Positions 41,303-52,003 of a stretch of DNA of 64,000 bases are shown one piece after another (the first letter of the stretch is position 1; each line of letters opens with the position of its first letter). Location of the stretch: positions 2,912,001-2,976,000 of the forward strand of contig OY760074.1 in the NCBI GenBank assembly GCA_963663035.1. Reading direction: 5' to 3'. The notes under the pieces are model-generated. The model did not search any database. It was not told the origin of the DNA and worked only from the letters and a program-made list of their open reading frames with translations. The DNA is from Acidobacteriota bacterium. Its GTDB lineage: Bacteria; Acidobacteriota; UBA6911; RPQK01; JADFOI01. A program made the translations under genes and the position numbers.

Positions 41303-42941
41303 CCCGGATTATTCATAAATTCTGAAGAAGGGGTCTGATCGAGGGCACAAAAAGATGCCGTACCTCTTTGATATAAAAGGGGTTATGAAACAACTCCAAA
41401 CCAAAAAGGTACGGCCCAGCGATGCATCAGTCTGCCAGATCAACTTGCCATCTCACCCTGACAGAAAAGTGGTGGCTCGATTCGATGGAGGCCGGCTCTC
41501 CTCCGATGCCGGGCTGCTGTGTCTGTACGCCCTGGATCAACAGCACGGACTGACGGCTGGCTTTGCCTCCTGCCTGAAGGACGCTCGAGATAGCCGCTAC
41601 GTCCGCCACCAGATTCGCGAACTGCTCACCCAGCGCAGCTTTCAGATCGTGGCCGGCTATGAGGACTGCAACGATGCCGACAGCTTGCGCTCGGATCCCA
41701 TCTTCAAGACCGTGTGTGATCGGCTGCCGGAAAGCGATCCGGATCTGGCTTCTCAACCCACGCTGTCGCGACTGGAGAACTCGGTGGACTCGAAGGATCT
41801 CACTCGCCTGGGACAGTGGCTGCTGGAGACCTACTTGAAGCACCGCAAGAAGAGCCGGCCCGAGAAGATCATCCTGGACATCGACAGCACGGATGACGTC
41901 ACGCATGGGCAGCAGGAGTTCAGCTTTTACCACGGCTATTATCGCGAGCACATGTATCATCCGCTGTTGCTATTCGATGGCGAGACGGGCGATCTGGTAT
42001 GTGCGCTACTGCGGCCCGGCAACCAGGGGGCGGCCGCCCACGCGGTGGCGGTTCTCAAACGGGTGGTGGCCCGGATGCGCCAGGTTCTGGGATCCGATGT
42101 TCCGATCGAAGTGCGAGCCGACAGTGGCTTTGCGACGCCGGCACTGTACGAGTTCTGTGAGGAGGAAAAACTGCAGTATGTGGTGGGCTTTGCCCGCAAC
42201 TCCCGGCTGGCGGCCACCGTCGAGCCCTTGGTTGAGCAGGTGCAAGCAGACTATGACGACTCAGGAGAAAAGCAACGCCAGTTCACCGAGCTCGTCTATC
42301 AGGCCGACAGTTGGGACCGGGAGCGGCGCATGGTGGCCAAGGTGGAAGTGAGCGAGCGCGGGTTCAACCGTCGCTTTGTGGTCACCAACCGCCAGGATCT
42401 CACGGCCGGGCAGCTGTATGACCACTACATCGGACGGGGCCAGTGCGAGAACTTCGTGAAAGCTTTCAAAAAAGATCTGGCCATGGATCGCTTGAGCTGC
42501 CACCGTTTCCTGGCCAACCAGTTCCGACTCTTCATCCACGCCCTGGCCTATGTCTTAATCCTGCGCCTGCGGGATTACCTGTGCGGGACTCCCTGGCACA
42601 ACCTGGAGATTGAGACGCTCCGCCGCCGCCTGTTCAAAATCGGTGCCCGGGTTCGGGAAACTTCTCGTCGCATCTGGGTGCACCTGGCATCGTCTTATCC
42701 CGAACAAAAGCTCTTCGCATTACTGATGCACCGTCTGTGTCCCACCTGACGGTCCCCTGACTCCCTGCGCCAACACAGATATACAGCCCCCTGCGGGCCG
42801 AGCTGTTTCCGGAAGGGGCTCTCGCTTCATCTCTATTCGGCTCAACAAGCTTGGACGCCTTGTAATCGCACCTGAACACACTCTCAGCCCTGAACTTCCG
42901 CAGAAAATCGACACTCACCCCAAACTTATGAATAATTGCGG
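41303..42941 (+). mobile_element. IS1380-family element, copy 2 (1639 bp)
   Basis: Reverse complement of copy 1, with a CTAG duplication. Confidence 0.95.
41355..42749 (+). CDS. IS1380-family transposase
   Basis: Protein identical to that of 37104-38498. Confidence 0.95.
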   Translation: MPYLFDIKGVMKQLQTKKVRPSDASVCQINLPSHPDRKVVARFDGGRLSSDAGLLCLYALDQQHGLTAGFASCLKDARDSRYVRHQIRELLTQRSFQIVAGYEDCNDADSLRSDPIFKTVCDRLPESDPDLASQPTLSRLENSVDSKDLTRLGQWLLETYLKHRKKSRPEKIILDIDSTDDVTHGQQEFSFYHGYYREHMYHPLLLFDGETGDLVCALLRPGNQGAAAHAVAVLKRVVARMRQVLGSDVPIEVRADSGFATPALYEFCEEEKLQYVVGFARNSRLAATVEPLVEQVQADYDDSGEKQRQFTELVYQADSWDRERRMVAKVEVSERGFNRRFVVTNRQDLTAGQLYDHYIGRGQCENFVKAFKKDLAMDRLSCHRFLANQFRLFIHALAYVLILRLRDYLCGTPWHNLEIETLRRRLFKIGARVRETSRRIWVHLASSYPEQKLFALLMHRLCPT

Positions 42942-43010
42942 CTAGTTCTCTCCCTCAATGTGTGGGCTACGCATAACCTGCCCTTCCCACCTTTCCACTC
43001 TTTTAGGAAG

Positions 43011-44021
43011 TTATCCGCCTATATACGACATTTCGACCTTGGGAAGGGCCGAGGTTTCCGAGGCGCGGATTTCGGAATAGCGGTCCATGCGAGTCCCCCA
43101 GATCGAGGCCACAACCTGGGAAATCTCTTCATCGGAAGTCCCACTCCGGAGCAGTTTCCTCAGGTCGTGTCCCTTGGTGGCGAAAAGACACGTATAAAGA
43201 AAGCCGTCTGCCGAGAGCCGGGCCCGAGTACAGTCCCTGCAGAAGGGTTGGGTCACTGAGGAGATGAGGCCGATCTCGCCACTTCCATCCCGGTATCGCC
43301 ACCTCCTGGCCACTTCTCCTCGATAGGCTGAGTCAATAGGCTCCAGCGGCAGTTCCTTATCAATCTTTTTGATGATCTGGAAGCCAGGAACCACATCATC
43401 AAGACACCAGCCGTTGGTGGTGCCAACATCCATGTACTCGACAAAACGCAAAATGAGCCCGCTATCTCGGAAGTGCTTCGCCATGGGTAAAATGCTGGCC
43501 TCATTGACGCCCCGTTTGACCACCATGTTGACCTTGATGGGAGCAAGTCCGGCATCCTTGGCGGCTTCAATTCCCTCCAGCACTCTTTCCACAGGAAAGT
43601 TCACGCCGTTCATGGAAGCGAAGATCTCGTTATCGAGCGAGTCAAGGCTGACGGTGACCCGCTTCAGCCCGGCCTTCTTCAGCCCCTGGGCTTTCTCAGC
43701 CAGCAGCCCACCGTTGGTGGTCAGGGCCAACTCCAGGCCCGGCATTCCGGCCAGTTTCTCGACCAACTTTTCGAGTTCACGGCGCAGCAGCGGCTCGCCT
43801 CCGGTGAGACGAATCTTCTTCACGCCGTGCTCCACAAAGACGCGGGCCAGGCGATCGATCTCTTCAAAGCTCAGGAGTTCCTCCCGTTTCAGGAACTCAT
43901 AGTCGCGGCCGAAAATCTCCTGAGGCATGCAATAACTACAGCGAAAACTACAGCGATCGGTTACTGAGACGCGGAGATCATGCAGCGGGCGATCCAGTGT
44001 GTCGTTGATCTTCAAACTCAT
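43011..44021 (-). CDS. moaA: GTP 3',8-cyclase (molybdenum cofactor biosynthesis)
   Basis: [31 protein letters not shown] and a C-terminal IGG. Confidence 0.97.
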   Translation of the reverse strand: MSLKINDTLDRPLHDLRVSVTDRCSFRCSYCMPQEIFGRDYEFLKREELLSFEEIDRLARVFVEHGVKKIRLTGGEPLLRRELEKLVEKLAGMPGLELALTTNGGLLAEKAQGLKKAGLKRVTVSLDSLDNEIFASMNGVNFPVERVLEGIEAAKDAGLAPIKVNMVVKRGVNEASILPMAKHFRDSGLILRFVEYMDVGTTNGWCLDDVVPGFQIIKKIDKELPLEPIDSAYRGEVARRWRYRDGSGEIGLISSVTQPFCRDCTRARLSADGFLYTCLFATKGHDLRKLLRSGTSDEEISQVVASIWGTRMDRYSEIRASETSALPKVEMSYIGG

Positions 44022-44074
44022 CTGCAATCCAGTATACTTCCCCTGCCTCCGATTTGGCGAGTAGTCTAGACGCG

Positions 44075-44797
44075 ATGATTGGCTTTAGAGAAGTCCTCTT
44101 GATCCTGGTGGTTCTCCTTGTGGTGCTCTATTCTCGAGCTTTCCGCGTAGTGGGAATTAGGAAGTCACTTGGATTGGAACCCACGACACAAAAGGACGAG
44201 ATCCGAGTGGGAGCATCCTGGCTTTCGGACATGGCAAAACAACAAACCATTGAACCGGAAGTGGACGCACGAGTCGCCAACATCTTGAGCAAGTTCAAAG
44301 CGACTAACTATCTGACATTTAAGAAGTATAAGGTCTTCCGTCTGGATTCAGTGGAGATCAACGCCATGGCATTACCCGGTGCTCACATCCTGCTCACCAA
44401 GGGTTTAATGAATCTGCAGACAGCTTCAGAGGAGCAACTGGCGGGAATTTTAGCCCATGAAATTGGGCACGTAGAATTGGGGCATTGCCGGAAGGCCTTG
44501 ATTCGAAAGAATCGCACCAAGGCGTTACAGCTCGTCCTATCTCTGGCCAACCGGAGCCCCGGCACCACCGCCTTAATCGTCGAGCATTTGGCAAAGCTCG
44601 GTATCAGCAGAGAAGCCGAACTGGAAGCGGATGACTTTGCTGTGGACTTGCTCTTGAAATCCCGTTATTCCCCTTCAGGCTTAATGCAGTTTCTGGAAAG
44701 AGCAAAACAAATGAACCGCATTCCCGAGTGGCTGACCTTTCTCAGTACCCATCCCGGGACTGAGGAGAGGATTGAAAGACTGGGCCGAAAACTCTAA
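44075..44797 (+). CDS. M48 family zinc metallopeptidase
   Basis: [18 protein letters not shown] and STHP motifs; N-terminal TM segment. Confidence 0.9.
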   Translation: MIGFREVLLILVVLLVVLYSRAFRVVGIRKSLGLEPTTQKDEIRVGASWLSDMAKQQTIEPEVDARVANILSKFKATNYLTFKKYKVFRLDSVEINAMALPGAHILLTKGLMNLQTASEEQLAGILAHEIGHVELGHCRKALIRKNRTKALQLVLSLANRSPGTTALIVEHLAKLGISREAELEADDFAVDLLLKSRYSPSGLMQFLERAKQMNRIPEWLTFLSTHPGTEERIERLGRKL

Positions 44798-44852
44798 CTC
44801 ATGAGCGGAAGAAAAGAGGGGTAGTCCCGTGGGGCCCCGTCCTTTTCTTTCC

Positions 44853-44884
44853 TTGACAGGAAACTATAAATACTATTATAGTTT
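44853..44884 (+). promoter_or_regulatory. Promoter with an overlapping palindromic TetR operator
   Basis: TTGACA-N18-TATAGT. Inverted repeat AAACTATAA-N6-TTATAGTTT at 44861-44884. Confidence 0.75.
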
Positions 44885-44895
44885 TATTAGTTTAC

Positions 44896-45510
44896 ATGGC
44901 CAGCGCTGTTGAAGTCCGAAATCGCATCTTGGAAGTGGCACGAGAACAGTTTTTCAGTCTCGGTTTCACGAAGGTCACCATGGATGAAATTGCTCACGAA
45001 CTGGGGATGAGCAAGAGAACCCTTTACCAGCACTTCCCGGGGAAAAAGGACTTGCTGCGCAAGGCCTTACTCAACAAGGCCCAACGGATCTCAGAAGGTT
45101 TGGGGAAGATCATTGATGGTGATCAGGCCCATTTCGGCAGGAAGCTGGAGCAGGCATTGACCTTCGTGGCCACAGAAATGCCGCATCTCAGCCCCATCTT
45201 TCTTCGTGATATTCAGCGGCACGCCCCCGACGTGTGGCAGGAACTGGATCAGCGCAGACAGGAGACCATCCGCACTCGCTTCGGCAAACTGATCAGGGAA
45301 GGCATCAAAGCAGGATTCCTCAGAAAGGACATCGAGGCTGAGCTGCTGGTTCTTTTATTCTCGACCTTGGTCCAAAACGTCATGAATCCACAAACCCTGT
45401 CGCGGCTTCCACTGACCGCTTCCCAGGCCTTTGCAGTCATCAGTGGGGTTTTATTCGAAGGTATTCTCACGGATAAGGGACGAGCAAGATCTCGGGAGAA
45501 GGAGTCTTAA
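44896..45510 (+). CDS. TetR/AcrR family regulator
   Basis: HTH VTMDEIAHELGMSKRTLYQHFPGK. Confidence 0.95.
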   Translation: MASAVEVRNRILEVAREQFFSLGFTKVTMDEIAHELGMSKRTLYQHFPGKKDLLRKALLNKAQRISEGLGKIIDGDQAHFGRKLEQALTFVATEMPHLSPIFLRDIQRHAPDVWQELDQRRQETIRTRFGKLIREGIKAGFLRKDIEAELLVLLFSTLVQNVMNPQTLSRLPLTASQAFAVISGVLFEGILTDKGRARSREKES

Positions 45511-46836
45511 ATGCGGAGTCTGCGCTTGATTCTGGTCCTGGCAGGCATCTGGAGCATCTCAAACAGTCCGGTAAGGGCTTCTGATCTCGCCCTCAGCCTC
45601 AAGGAAGCCGTTGAGTGGGCGCTCTCTGGAGAGGGCAGTGCCGACGTACAAATGGCCCAGGAGCTCATTCTTGAGATTGAGGCTCGTTCCAGGCAATCAC
45701 GGGCGGAACTGCTCCCCCATCTGGAGGCTTCCATCGGGCAGCAGGAGCAAACTCGTAATCTGGAGGCCATCGGCCTGCGCGCCTCCAACAACTTTCGGCC
45801 CCCCACCCTGGTGGGTCCCTTTTCGACCTTTGATGCGCGAGCCAGTCTGACTCAATCGATCTTCAATCTCAGTTCAACCCGTCGCTTTCAGGCTTCAAGA
45901 TCGGCTGTCCTAGCTGCAAAAAGCGAAGAGGAAAACGTCCAGGATAAGGTAGCATCTCAGGTGGCTCGATCCTATCTGGAGGCGCTTCGCAACCGGGCCC
46001 GACTGGATGCAGCCAGAGCCAACCTTGATTTGGCCGTTGCACTGGCTAATCTGGCGGAAAGTCAGAGGGCGGCCGGTACCGGGACTAGAATCGAGGTGAC
46101 GCGAGCACAGGTTCAACTCTCGAATGAACAGCAACAGGCCCTGGCGGCTGAGCACGCCTACCAACAATCTTTGTTGAGGCTTGTGAAGCTGATCGGACTC
46201 CCCATGGATGTGAACCTGACCTTGACCGAGAGTTTGAGCTATCTGCTCGTTGAGATTGAAAGTCCGAGCGAGGCCATAGCCATCGCTCTTCGCTCCCGTC
46301 CCGATCTGCGAGCCCGCCAACAGAGAGAACAACAAGCCACTCTCAACGACCGCGCCACCCAGTCGGAACGATTTCCCTCCATCTCGGGTTTTGCCGGTTA
46401 CGGGACGATCGGTTCCAGCATCAGCAATACCATCCCGACATGGGATCTGGGCATCTCCCTTCAGCTGCCCCTTTTTGATGGGGGAGGGTTTAACGCCCGT
46501 CGAGCCGAATCTTCGTCGAAACTTCGGCAGGAGCGGATTGAAGGGCAGGACCTGAGCCGTCAGATCGAACTGGAGGTTCGCCTGGCCCTGGCCGGTCTCC
46601 GTCTGGCCGAGGAGCAAATCAAAGTAGCAGAAGAGGGCTTGCAACTGGCCCAGCAGGAACTGGAGCAGGGCCGTCGTCGATATCAGTCCGGCATCACCAC
46701 CAATATTGAGGTCACCGACGCGCAGGCCCGTTTGGCCCGAGCCAAGGAAAACCAGATCTCCGCTTCGTACAACCACAACTTTGAACGGGTCAACCTGGCT
46801 GAGGCCATGGGCACGATACGGAGCATGATCCAATGA
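45511..46836 (+). CDS. TolC family outer membrane efflux protein
   Basis: Signal peptide, two OEP repeats, LPLFDGG. Confidence 0.92.
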   Translation: MRSLRLILVLAGIWSISNSPVRASDLALSLKEAVEWALSGEGSADVQMAQELILEIEARSRQSRAELLPHLEASIGQQEQTRNLEAIGLRASNNFRPPTLVGPFSTFDARASLTQSIFNLSSTRRFQASRSAVLAAKSEEENVQDKVASQVARSYLEALRNRARLDAARANLDLAVALANLAESQRAAGTGTRIEVTRAQVQLSNEQQQALAAEHAYQQSLLRLVKLIGLPMDVNLTLTESLSYLLVEIESPSEAIAIALRSRPDLRARQQREQQATLNDRATQSERFPSISGFAGYGTIGSSISNTIPTWDLGISLQLPLFDGGGFNARRAESSSKLRQERIEGQDLSRQIELEVRLALAGLRLAEEQIKVAEEGLQLAQQELEQGRRRYQSGITTNIEVTDAQARLARAKENQISASYNHNFERVNLAEAMGTIRSMIQ

Positions 46837-48035
46837 TGTCTCAAACAAAGAAAAGAGTCCTTCCGATCCTCTTGCTGATGGTGGTCTTGGGACTGGTTTC
46901 CTTCCTGTGGTGGGATGGGACCGGGGAAGAGGGGCCTGACATCTTCCTCTCTGGAAACATCGAGCTCACCACAATGAAGCTGGCCTTCACCGTTCCCGGG
47001 AGGCTGATCGAACTGAACGTTGAGGAGGGCAACGCAGTGAAGAAAGGAATGATCATTGCTCGCCTTGAACAACAACAGTTACTCCGCCAACGCGAGCAAG
47101 CTCTAGCCGCACTCGCCTCCGCCCAGTCACGGCTGGCAGAGCTGGAAGCCTTCCTTCAGTATCAGACGGAAAACGTCGAAGCTCAGATCGAGCAGCGGCG
47201 TGCCGAATTGATGCTGGCCCGCGCTACCCTGGAAGAAGTCCTCTCGGGGTCCAGAGTGCAGGAGATCGCCGAGGCGCGGGCGGTGCTTGAGCGGGTCCAG
47301 ACAGAACAGGAAAAAGCCAGGCGAGACTGGGAAAGGGCGGAAACTCTTTATGAGAAGGAAGACATCTCCACTTCACAATATGACCAGTACCAAGCCGCTT
47401 TTGAAGCCGCTGGCGCCTCGGTGAGGCAGGCTGAACAACGTCTGGCCCTCCTCATTGAGGGTCCTCGTCAAGAGAACATTCAAGCTGCCCGCGCCCAAGT
47501 GGCTCGAGCCGAGGCCGGACTGAGGCTAGCCGAGTCTCTCCGTCTGGATATCCAGAGAAACCGACAGGGGCTCGAGACGGCCCGGGCTGAGATCCAGGGA
47601 TCCAACGCCCAGGTCGGTTTCATTGACGCTCAACTGGAAGAAATGGTCGCTGTATCTCCTATTGATGGTGTCGTTTTTGTAAAGACAGCCGAAGTCGGCG
47701 AGGTGCTGGCAGCCGGGACTCCCGTGGTTGAGATTGGAGACCTGGATCATCCCTGGCTGCGAGGCTATATCGGTGAAGAGGACTTGGGCCGGGTCAAACT
47801 CGACGCCCAGGTGAAGGTCACCACCGATTCTTTTCCGGGTAAGGTCTATCCAGGTCGGGTCTCTTTTATCTCCTCGGAGGCCGAATTCACACCCAAGCAG
47901 ATTCAGACCACCAGCGAGCGGGTCAAATTGGTCTACCGCATCAAGATAGAAGTCTCCAATCCCGATCACGAACTGAAGCTCAACATGCCATCGGATGCCG
48001 AAATCCTGCTGCAAGAGACTGGAGCAGGGGAATGA
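46833..48035 (+). CDS. HlyD/YbhG-like membrane fusion protein
   Basis: N-terminal TM, lipoyl halves, SPIDG and AEFTPKQIQT. Confidence 0.92.
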   Translation: MMSQTKKRVLPILLLMVVLGLVSFLWWDGTGEEGPDIFLSGNIELTTMKLAFTVPGRLIELNVEEGNAVKKGMIIARLEQQQLLRQREQALAALASAQSRLAELEAFLQYQTENVEAQIEQRRAELMLARATLEEVLSGSRVQEIAEARAVLERVQTEQEKARRDWERAETLYEKEDISTSQYDQYQAAFEAAGASVRQAEQRLALLIEGPRQENIQAARAQVARAEAGLRLAESLRLDIQRNRQGLETARAEIQGSNAQVGFIDAQLEEMVAVSPIDGVVFVKTAEVGEVLAAGTPVVEIGDLDHPWLRGYIGEEDLGRVKLDAQVKVTTDSFPGKVYPGRVSFISSEAEFTPKQIQTTSERVKLVYRIKIEVSNPDHELKLNMPSDAEILLQETGAGE

Positions 48036-48976
48036 ACAGAGAACCGCTCATCGCCTGTACCGAAAACCTCACATGCCGCTTCCAGACCCTCACGGCTGTC
48101 GATCGACTCAACCTGAGCATTTCTCGCGGTGAGATCTTTGGATTGGTTGGCCCCGACGGTGCCGGGAAAACAACGACTCTGCGTCTCCTGTGCGGTCTGA
48201 TCGAGCCAACCGAAGGCACCGCCCAGGTGGTGGGCTACGATGTTTCACGGAATCCAGAGAAAATCAGAGACCGGATTGGCTACATGGCCCAGCGCTTCGG
48301 TCTTTATCAGGATCTGACCGTCCAGGAGAACATGGTTTTCTATGCTGATCTCTATGGTCTAGCCCGGGATCAGCGCCAGCAGCTGATGGAGTTGCTGCTC
48401 AAAATGACCCGAATGGAACCTTTCCGGAAAAGACAGGCAGGGAAGCTTTCCGGTGGCATGAAACAGAAACTTGCTCTCATGTGCACACTACTGCATCAGC
48501 CGGAAATTCTCTTTCTGGATGAGCCGACCACCGGGCTCGATCCGGTGTCACGCCGTGATCTTTGGGAGATCCTCTATCAGCTGGTCAAGGATGGAGTGAC
48601 GATTTTCGTCACCACTGCCTATCTGGACGAGGCGGAGCGCTGTAATCGGGTGGGACTGATGTACAAGGGAAAGCTGATCCGGTGCGATGCACCCGAGGCC
48701 TTACAGACAGAACTCCAGGAGGTCTGCTATGCAGTGCACTCTTCCAACCCAAGGGCGGCCAGAAAGTTTCTCTCAACCTCCAGAGGTGTCTTGAGCGTGG
48801 AGTTTGCGGGAGCAGTCCTGCATCTTTTCCTCTCGCCCTCCAGTGTGTCACCGGCAGAGCTTGAAAAGTCGCTGGAGGAAGCCGGCTGCGGGCCAGCCCA
48901 GCTCACACCCATTAAACCCTCCCTGGAAGATGTCTATATCGCACTGGTCCGGAAGCAGTCCCGGGAGGCCGCATGA
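48032..48976 (+). CDS. ABC transporter ATP-binding protein (YbhF-like, first NBD)
   Basis: GPDGAGKT, LSGGMKQ and LDEPT. Confidence 0.94.
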   Translation: MNREPLIACTENLTCRFQTLTAVDRLNLSISRGEIFGLVGPDGAGKTTTLRLLCGLIEPTEGTAQVVGYDVSRNPEKIRDRIGYMAQRFGLYQDLTVQENMVFYADLYGLARDQRQQLMELLLKMTRMEPFRKRQAGKLSGGMKQKLALMCTLLHQPEILFLDEPTTGLDPVSRRDLWEILYQLVKDGVTIFVTTAYLDEAERCNRVGLMYKGKLIRCDAPEALQTELQEVCYAVHSSNPRAARKFLSTSRGVLSVEFAGAVLHLFLSPSSVSPAELEKSLEEAGCGPAQLTPIKPSLEDVYIALVRKQSREAA

Positions 48977-49716
48977 GTGCTCAGCTCAGCGTGCAAGTGG
49001 ACAATCTCATGAAGAGATTCGGTGACTTTGTGGCGGTGGACCATATCACCTTCAAGGTAGAAAAGGGTGAGATCTTTGGCTTTTTAGGTTCCAATGGTGC
49101 CGGTAAATCCACCACCATTCGAATGCTCTGTGGATTACTGCGTCCATCTGGAGGAAGCGCCTGGGTGGAAGGATTCGACGTGTTTACACAGAGCGAGGAC
49201 ATAAAGCAAAACATCGGCTACATGTCCCAACGGTTTTCTCTTTATGATGAATTAACGGTTGAAGAGAACATCGACTTTTTCAGCGGAATTTACGGCACGC
49301 CCAGAGGCTCACGCCGACAGCTCAAGCAAGAGGTGCTGGAAATGGCAGGGCTTGAGAAACAACAGAAAACCATGACCCATCTGCTGCCGGGTGGTTGGAA
49401 GCAGCGCTTGGCCTTGGGCTGTGCAATTTTACATCGGCCACCGATTTTGTTCCTGGATGAACCGACTTCAGGAGTCGACCCCATCGCCCGCCGCCAGTTT
49501 TGGGAACTGATCTACCAGCTCTCCGAGAGTGGGCACACCATATTCGTCACCACCCACTACATGGATGAGGCTGAGTACTGCCATCGTCTGGCCCTGATGC
49601 ATGAGGGCCGAATTGTCGCCCTGGACACTCCCAGAGCTCTCCGCAAGGCTTACCGATCACAAAGCCTGGATGACGTCTTTGCCGCTATGATCAAAGAACA
49701 GGAGCAAGAGTCTTGA
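48973..49716 (+). CDS. ABC transporter ATP-binding protein (YbhF-like, second NBD)
   Basis: GSNGAGKS, LPGGWKQ and LDEPT. Confidence 0.94.
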   Translation: MSAQLSVQVDNLMKRFGDFVAVDHITFKVEKGEIFGFLGSNGAGKSTTIRMLCGLLRPSGGSAWVEGFDVFTQSEDIKQNIGYMSQRFSLYDELTVEENIDFFSGIYGTPRGSRRQLKQEVLEMAGLEKQQKTMTHLLPGGWKQRLALGCAILHRPPILFLDEPTSGVDPIARRQFWELIYQLSESGHTIFVTTHYMDEAEYCHRLALMHEGRIVALDTPRALRKAYRSQSLDDVFAAMIKEQEQES

Positions 49717-50834
49717 GTTTAGTTCGCATCCGCGCGGTGGCTCGCAAGGAGCTTCTCCACATCTGGCGGGATGTGCGCAGTCTGATCATCTCTCTACTGT
49801 TGCCGGTCTTGATGCTTCTGCTGTTCGGATACGCCCTCAACCTCGATGTGGACCAGATCCCTACTCTGATTTACGATTCCGATGAAAGTCCGCAAAGCCG
49901 AGCGCTTATCGCACGCTTTGAGGGGTCCCGATATTTTCAAGTCTTGGGTTCAGTGGAAGATTACCAAACCATAGAAGACTGGATCGACCGTGATGAATGT
50001 TTGATCGGTGTGGTGATCCCCAAGGATTTCGCCCGCAACCTCCTCACGGGAAGACAGGCCCAGGTACAGTTGTTGGTCGATGGCAGCGACTCCAACACCG
50101 CCTCAATAGGCCTTGGATATGCTGAGGCCATCTTGGCCAATCATGCCTCGGCTCTGCAAAGCCAAAGGAGTGGAGAGGCCCTTTCCCTGCCAGTAGAAGC
50201 TCGGTTGCGCGTGTGGTACAACAGCGACCTGGAATCCAAGAACTACATCGTCCCGGGACTGCTGGCGGTCATTCTGATGATCATCTCCGCCTTGCTCACC
50301 TCCCTGACGATTGCCCGAGAGTGGGAAATGGGAACCATGGAGCAGCTGCTCTCCACCCCCCTGAGACCGGCTGAGCTGGTATTGGGCAAAATGTCCGCCT
50401 ATTTTGCTGTCGGCGCAATCGATACCGCGGTCGTCATTGTGGTCGCGGTGACCATTTTCCAGGTTCCGCTGAGGGGAAGTGTGTTCTTCCTGGCTGCCAC
50501 ATGTTTTGTGTTCCTCTTTGGGGCTCTTTGCTGGGGGATTTTGCTTTCTGCCATGGCCAGTTCCCAGTTAATGGCCTATCAGCTGGGCATGACGACATCC
50601 TTTCTGCCCACTTTCCTCCTCTCGGGCTTTATTTACGCTATCGAGAACATGCCCGTGCCCATTCAGCTCTTTACCTATCTGGTGCCTGCGCGCTACTTCA
50701 TCAACATTTTGAGGGGAATCTTTCTCAAAGGGATTGGTTTTGAATTCCTGGCGGTGGAGGTGGTCTTTCTCACGGCCTTTGCCACCCTGGTTTTTCTGGC
50801 GGCAACACGGAAAGTTAAGCGGAAGGTAGCTTAG
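49713..50834 (+). CDS. ABC-2 type permease (YbhS-like)
   Basis: IAREWEMGTMEQLLSTP and LLSGF. Confidence 0.92.
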   Translation: MSLVRIRAVARKELLHIWRDVRSLIISLLLPVLMLLLFGYALNLDVDQIPTLIYDSDESPQSRALIARFEGSRYFQVLGSVEDYQTIEDWIDRDECLIGVVIPKDFARNLLTGRQAQVQLLVDGSDSNTASIGLGYAEAILANHASALQSQRSGEALSLPVEARLRVWYNSDLESKNYIVPGLLAVILMIISALLTSLTIAREWEMGTMEQLLSTPLRPAELVLGKMSAYFAVGAIDTAVVIVVAVTIFQVPLRGSVFFLAATCFVFLFGALCWGILLSAMASSQLMAYQLGMTTSFLPTFLLSGFIYAIENMPVPIQLFTYLVPARYFINILRGIFLKGIGFEFLAVEVVFLTAFATLVFLAATRKVKRKVA

Positions 50835-52003
50835 TGCCTCGCTTCAAAAATAAGATGTGGAGACGTATTCGCGAAATTGTCAGGAAAGAAATCCTTCAGA
50901 CCTTGAGAGAGCCCCGGATGCGTGTTCTCCTCTTCTTGCCACCCATCCTTCAGCTGATCATCTTCGGTTACGCGGTGAACCTGGACGTGGAAAACAGTCC
51001 GATCGCCTGGATGGATCAGGACCGTACGCCAGAGAGCCGGGAACTGCTGTCTGACTTCGAGGGATCACGCCATTTCCGAGTGACCCGAACCCCCAGTCGG
51101 GAGGACGAGGTTCAGGAGCTGCTGGACCGAGCAGAGGTCCAGGCAGTCGTCCGCGTCTTTCCGGGCTTCGGTCGGGATATCCGCCGGGGAGAAAGGACGC
51201 ATGTCCAGATTCTGGTTGACGGCACAAATTCCAACAGCGCCTCCATCGTCTCCAACTCAGCCACCCAGGTTGTGGCCCGCTATGCTGCCCGCATCCAGGG
51301 AGAGCGCCGAAAAGTCCAGTTCACGGCATCTCGCGCCAGTCCGGCCGGTCTGAAGGGTCCTCTCTTATCGGTCCAGAGTCGGATCTGGTTTAACGTTGAT
51401 TTGCGAAGTCAGAATTATTACGTCCCAGGTGTGGTTGTGAACATCATCGCCCTGGTGACCTTGATGCTCACGGCTATGGCCATCGTTCGCGAGAAGGAGA
51501 TTGGCACCATGGAACAGCTCATGGTCACGCCCATTCGACCCGTTGAACTAATACTGGGCAAGACGCTTCCTTTTGCTGCCATTGGACTCCTGGAGGTCGT
51601 CCTGGTGACAAGTGCAGCCTTGTTGATCTTTAAGATACCCTTTCGAGGAAGCTTTGTGCTGCTACTGGGGTGTGCAGCCGCATTCTTGTTGAGCTCCTTG
51701 GGTACCGGTCTATTGATCTCAACTGTTTCCAAAACTCAACAGCAGGCCATGATGGCATCGTTTTTCTTTTTCATGCCCGCCTTCATGCTCAGCGGCTTCG
51801 CCTTTCCCATTCGTAATATGCCACTGGCAGTTCAGTACCTGACTTACCTGAATCCGGTGCGCTACTTCATGGAGATTGTGCGTGGCATCTTCCTCAAGGG
51901 CATCGGGCTGGCTGTCCTTTGGCCTCAGATCCTGGCCTTACTCCTGTTAGGCACTGCTCTGGTTGGCCTGAGCGTCCTTCGCTTTCAAAAGCGCCTCGAC
52001 TAG
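50834..52003 (+). CDS. ABC-2 type permease (YbhR-like)
   Basis: IVREKEIGTMEQLMVTP and MLSGF. Start could be ATG 50855. Confidence 0.92.
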   Translation: MPRFKNKMWRRIREIVRKEILQTLREPRMRVLLFLPPILQLIIFGYAVNLDVENSPIAWMDQDRTPESRELLSDFEGSRHFRVTRTPSREDEVQELLDRAEVQAVVRVFPGFGRDIRRGERTHVQILVDGTNSNSASIVSNSATQVVARYAARIQGERRKVQFTASRASPAGLKGPLLSVQSRIWFNVDLRSQNYYVPGVVVNIIALVTLMLTAMAIVREKEIGTMEQLMVTPIRPVELILGKTLPFAAIGLLEVVLVTSAALLIFKIPFRGSFVLLLGCAAAFLLSSLGTGLLISTVSKTQQQAMMASFFFFMPAFMLSGFAFPIRNMPLAVQYLTYLNPVRYFMEIVRGIFLKGIGLAVLWPQILALLLLGTALVGLSVLRFQKRLD

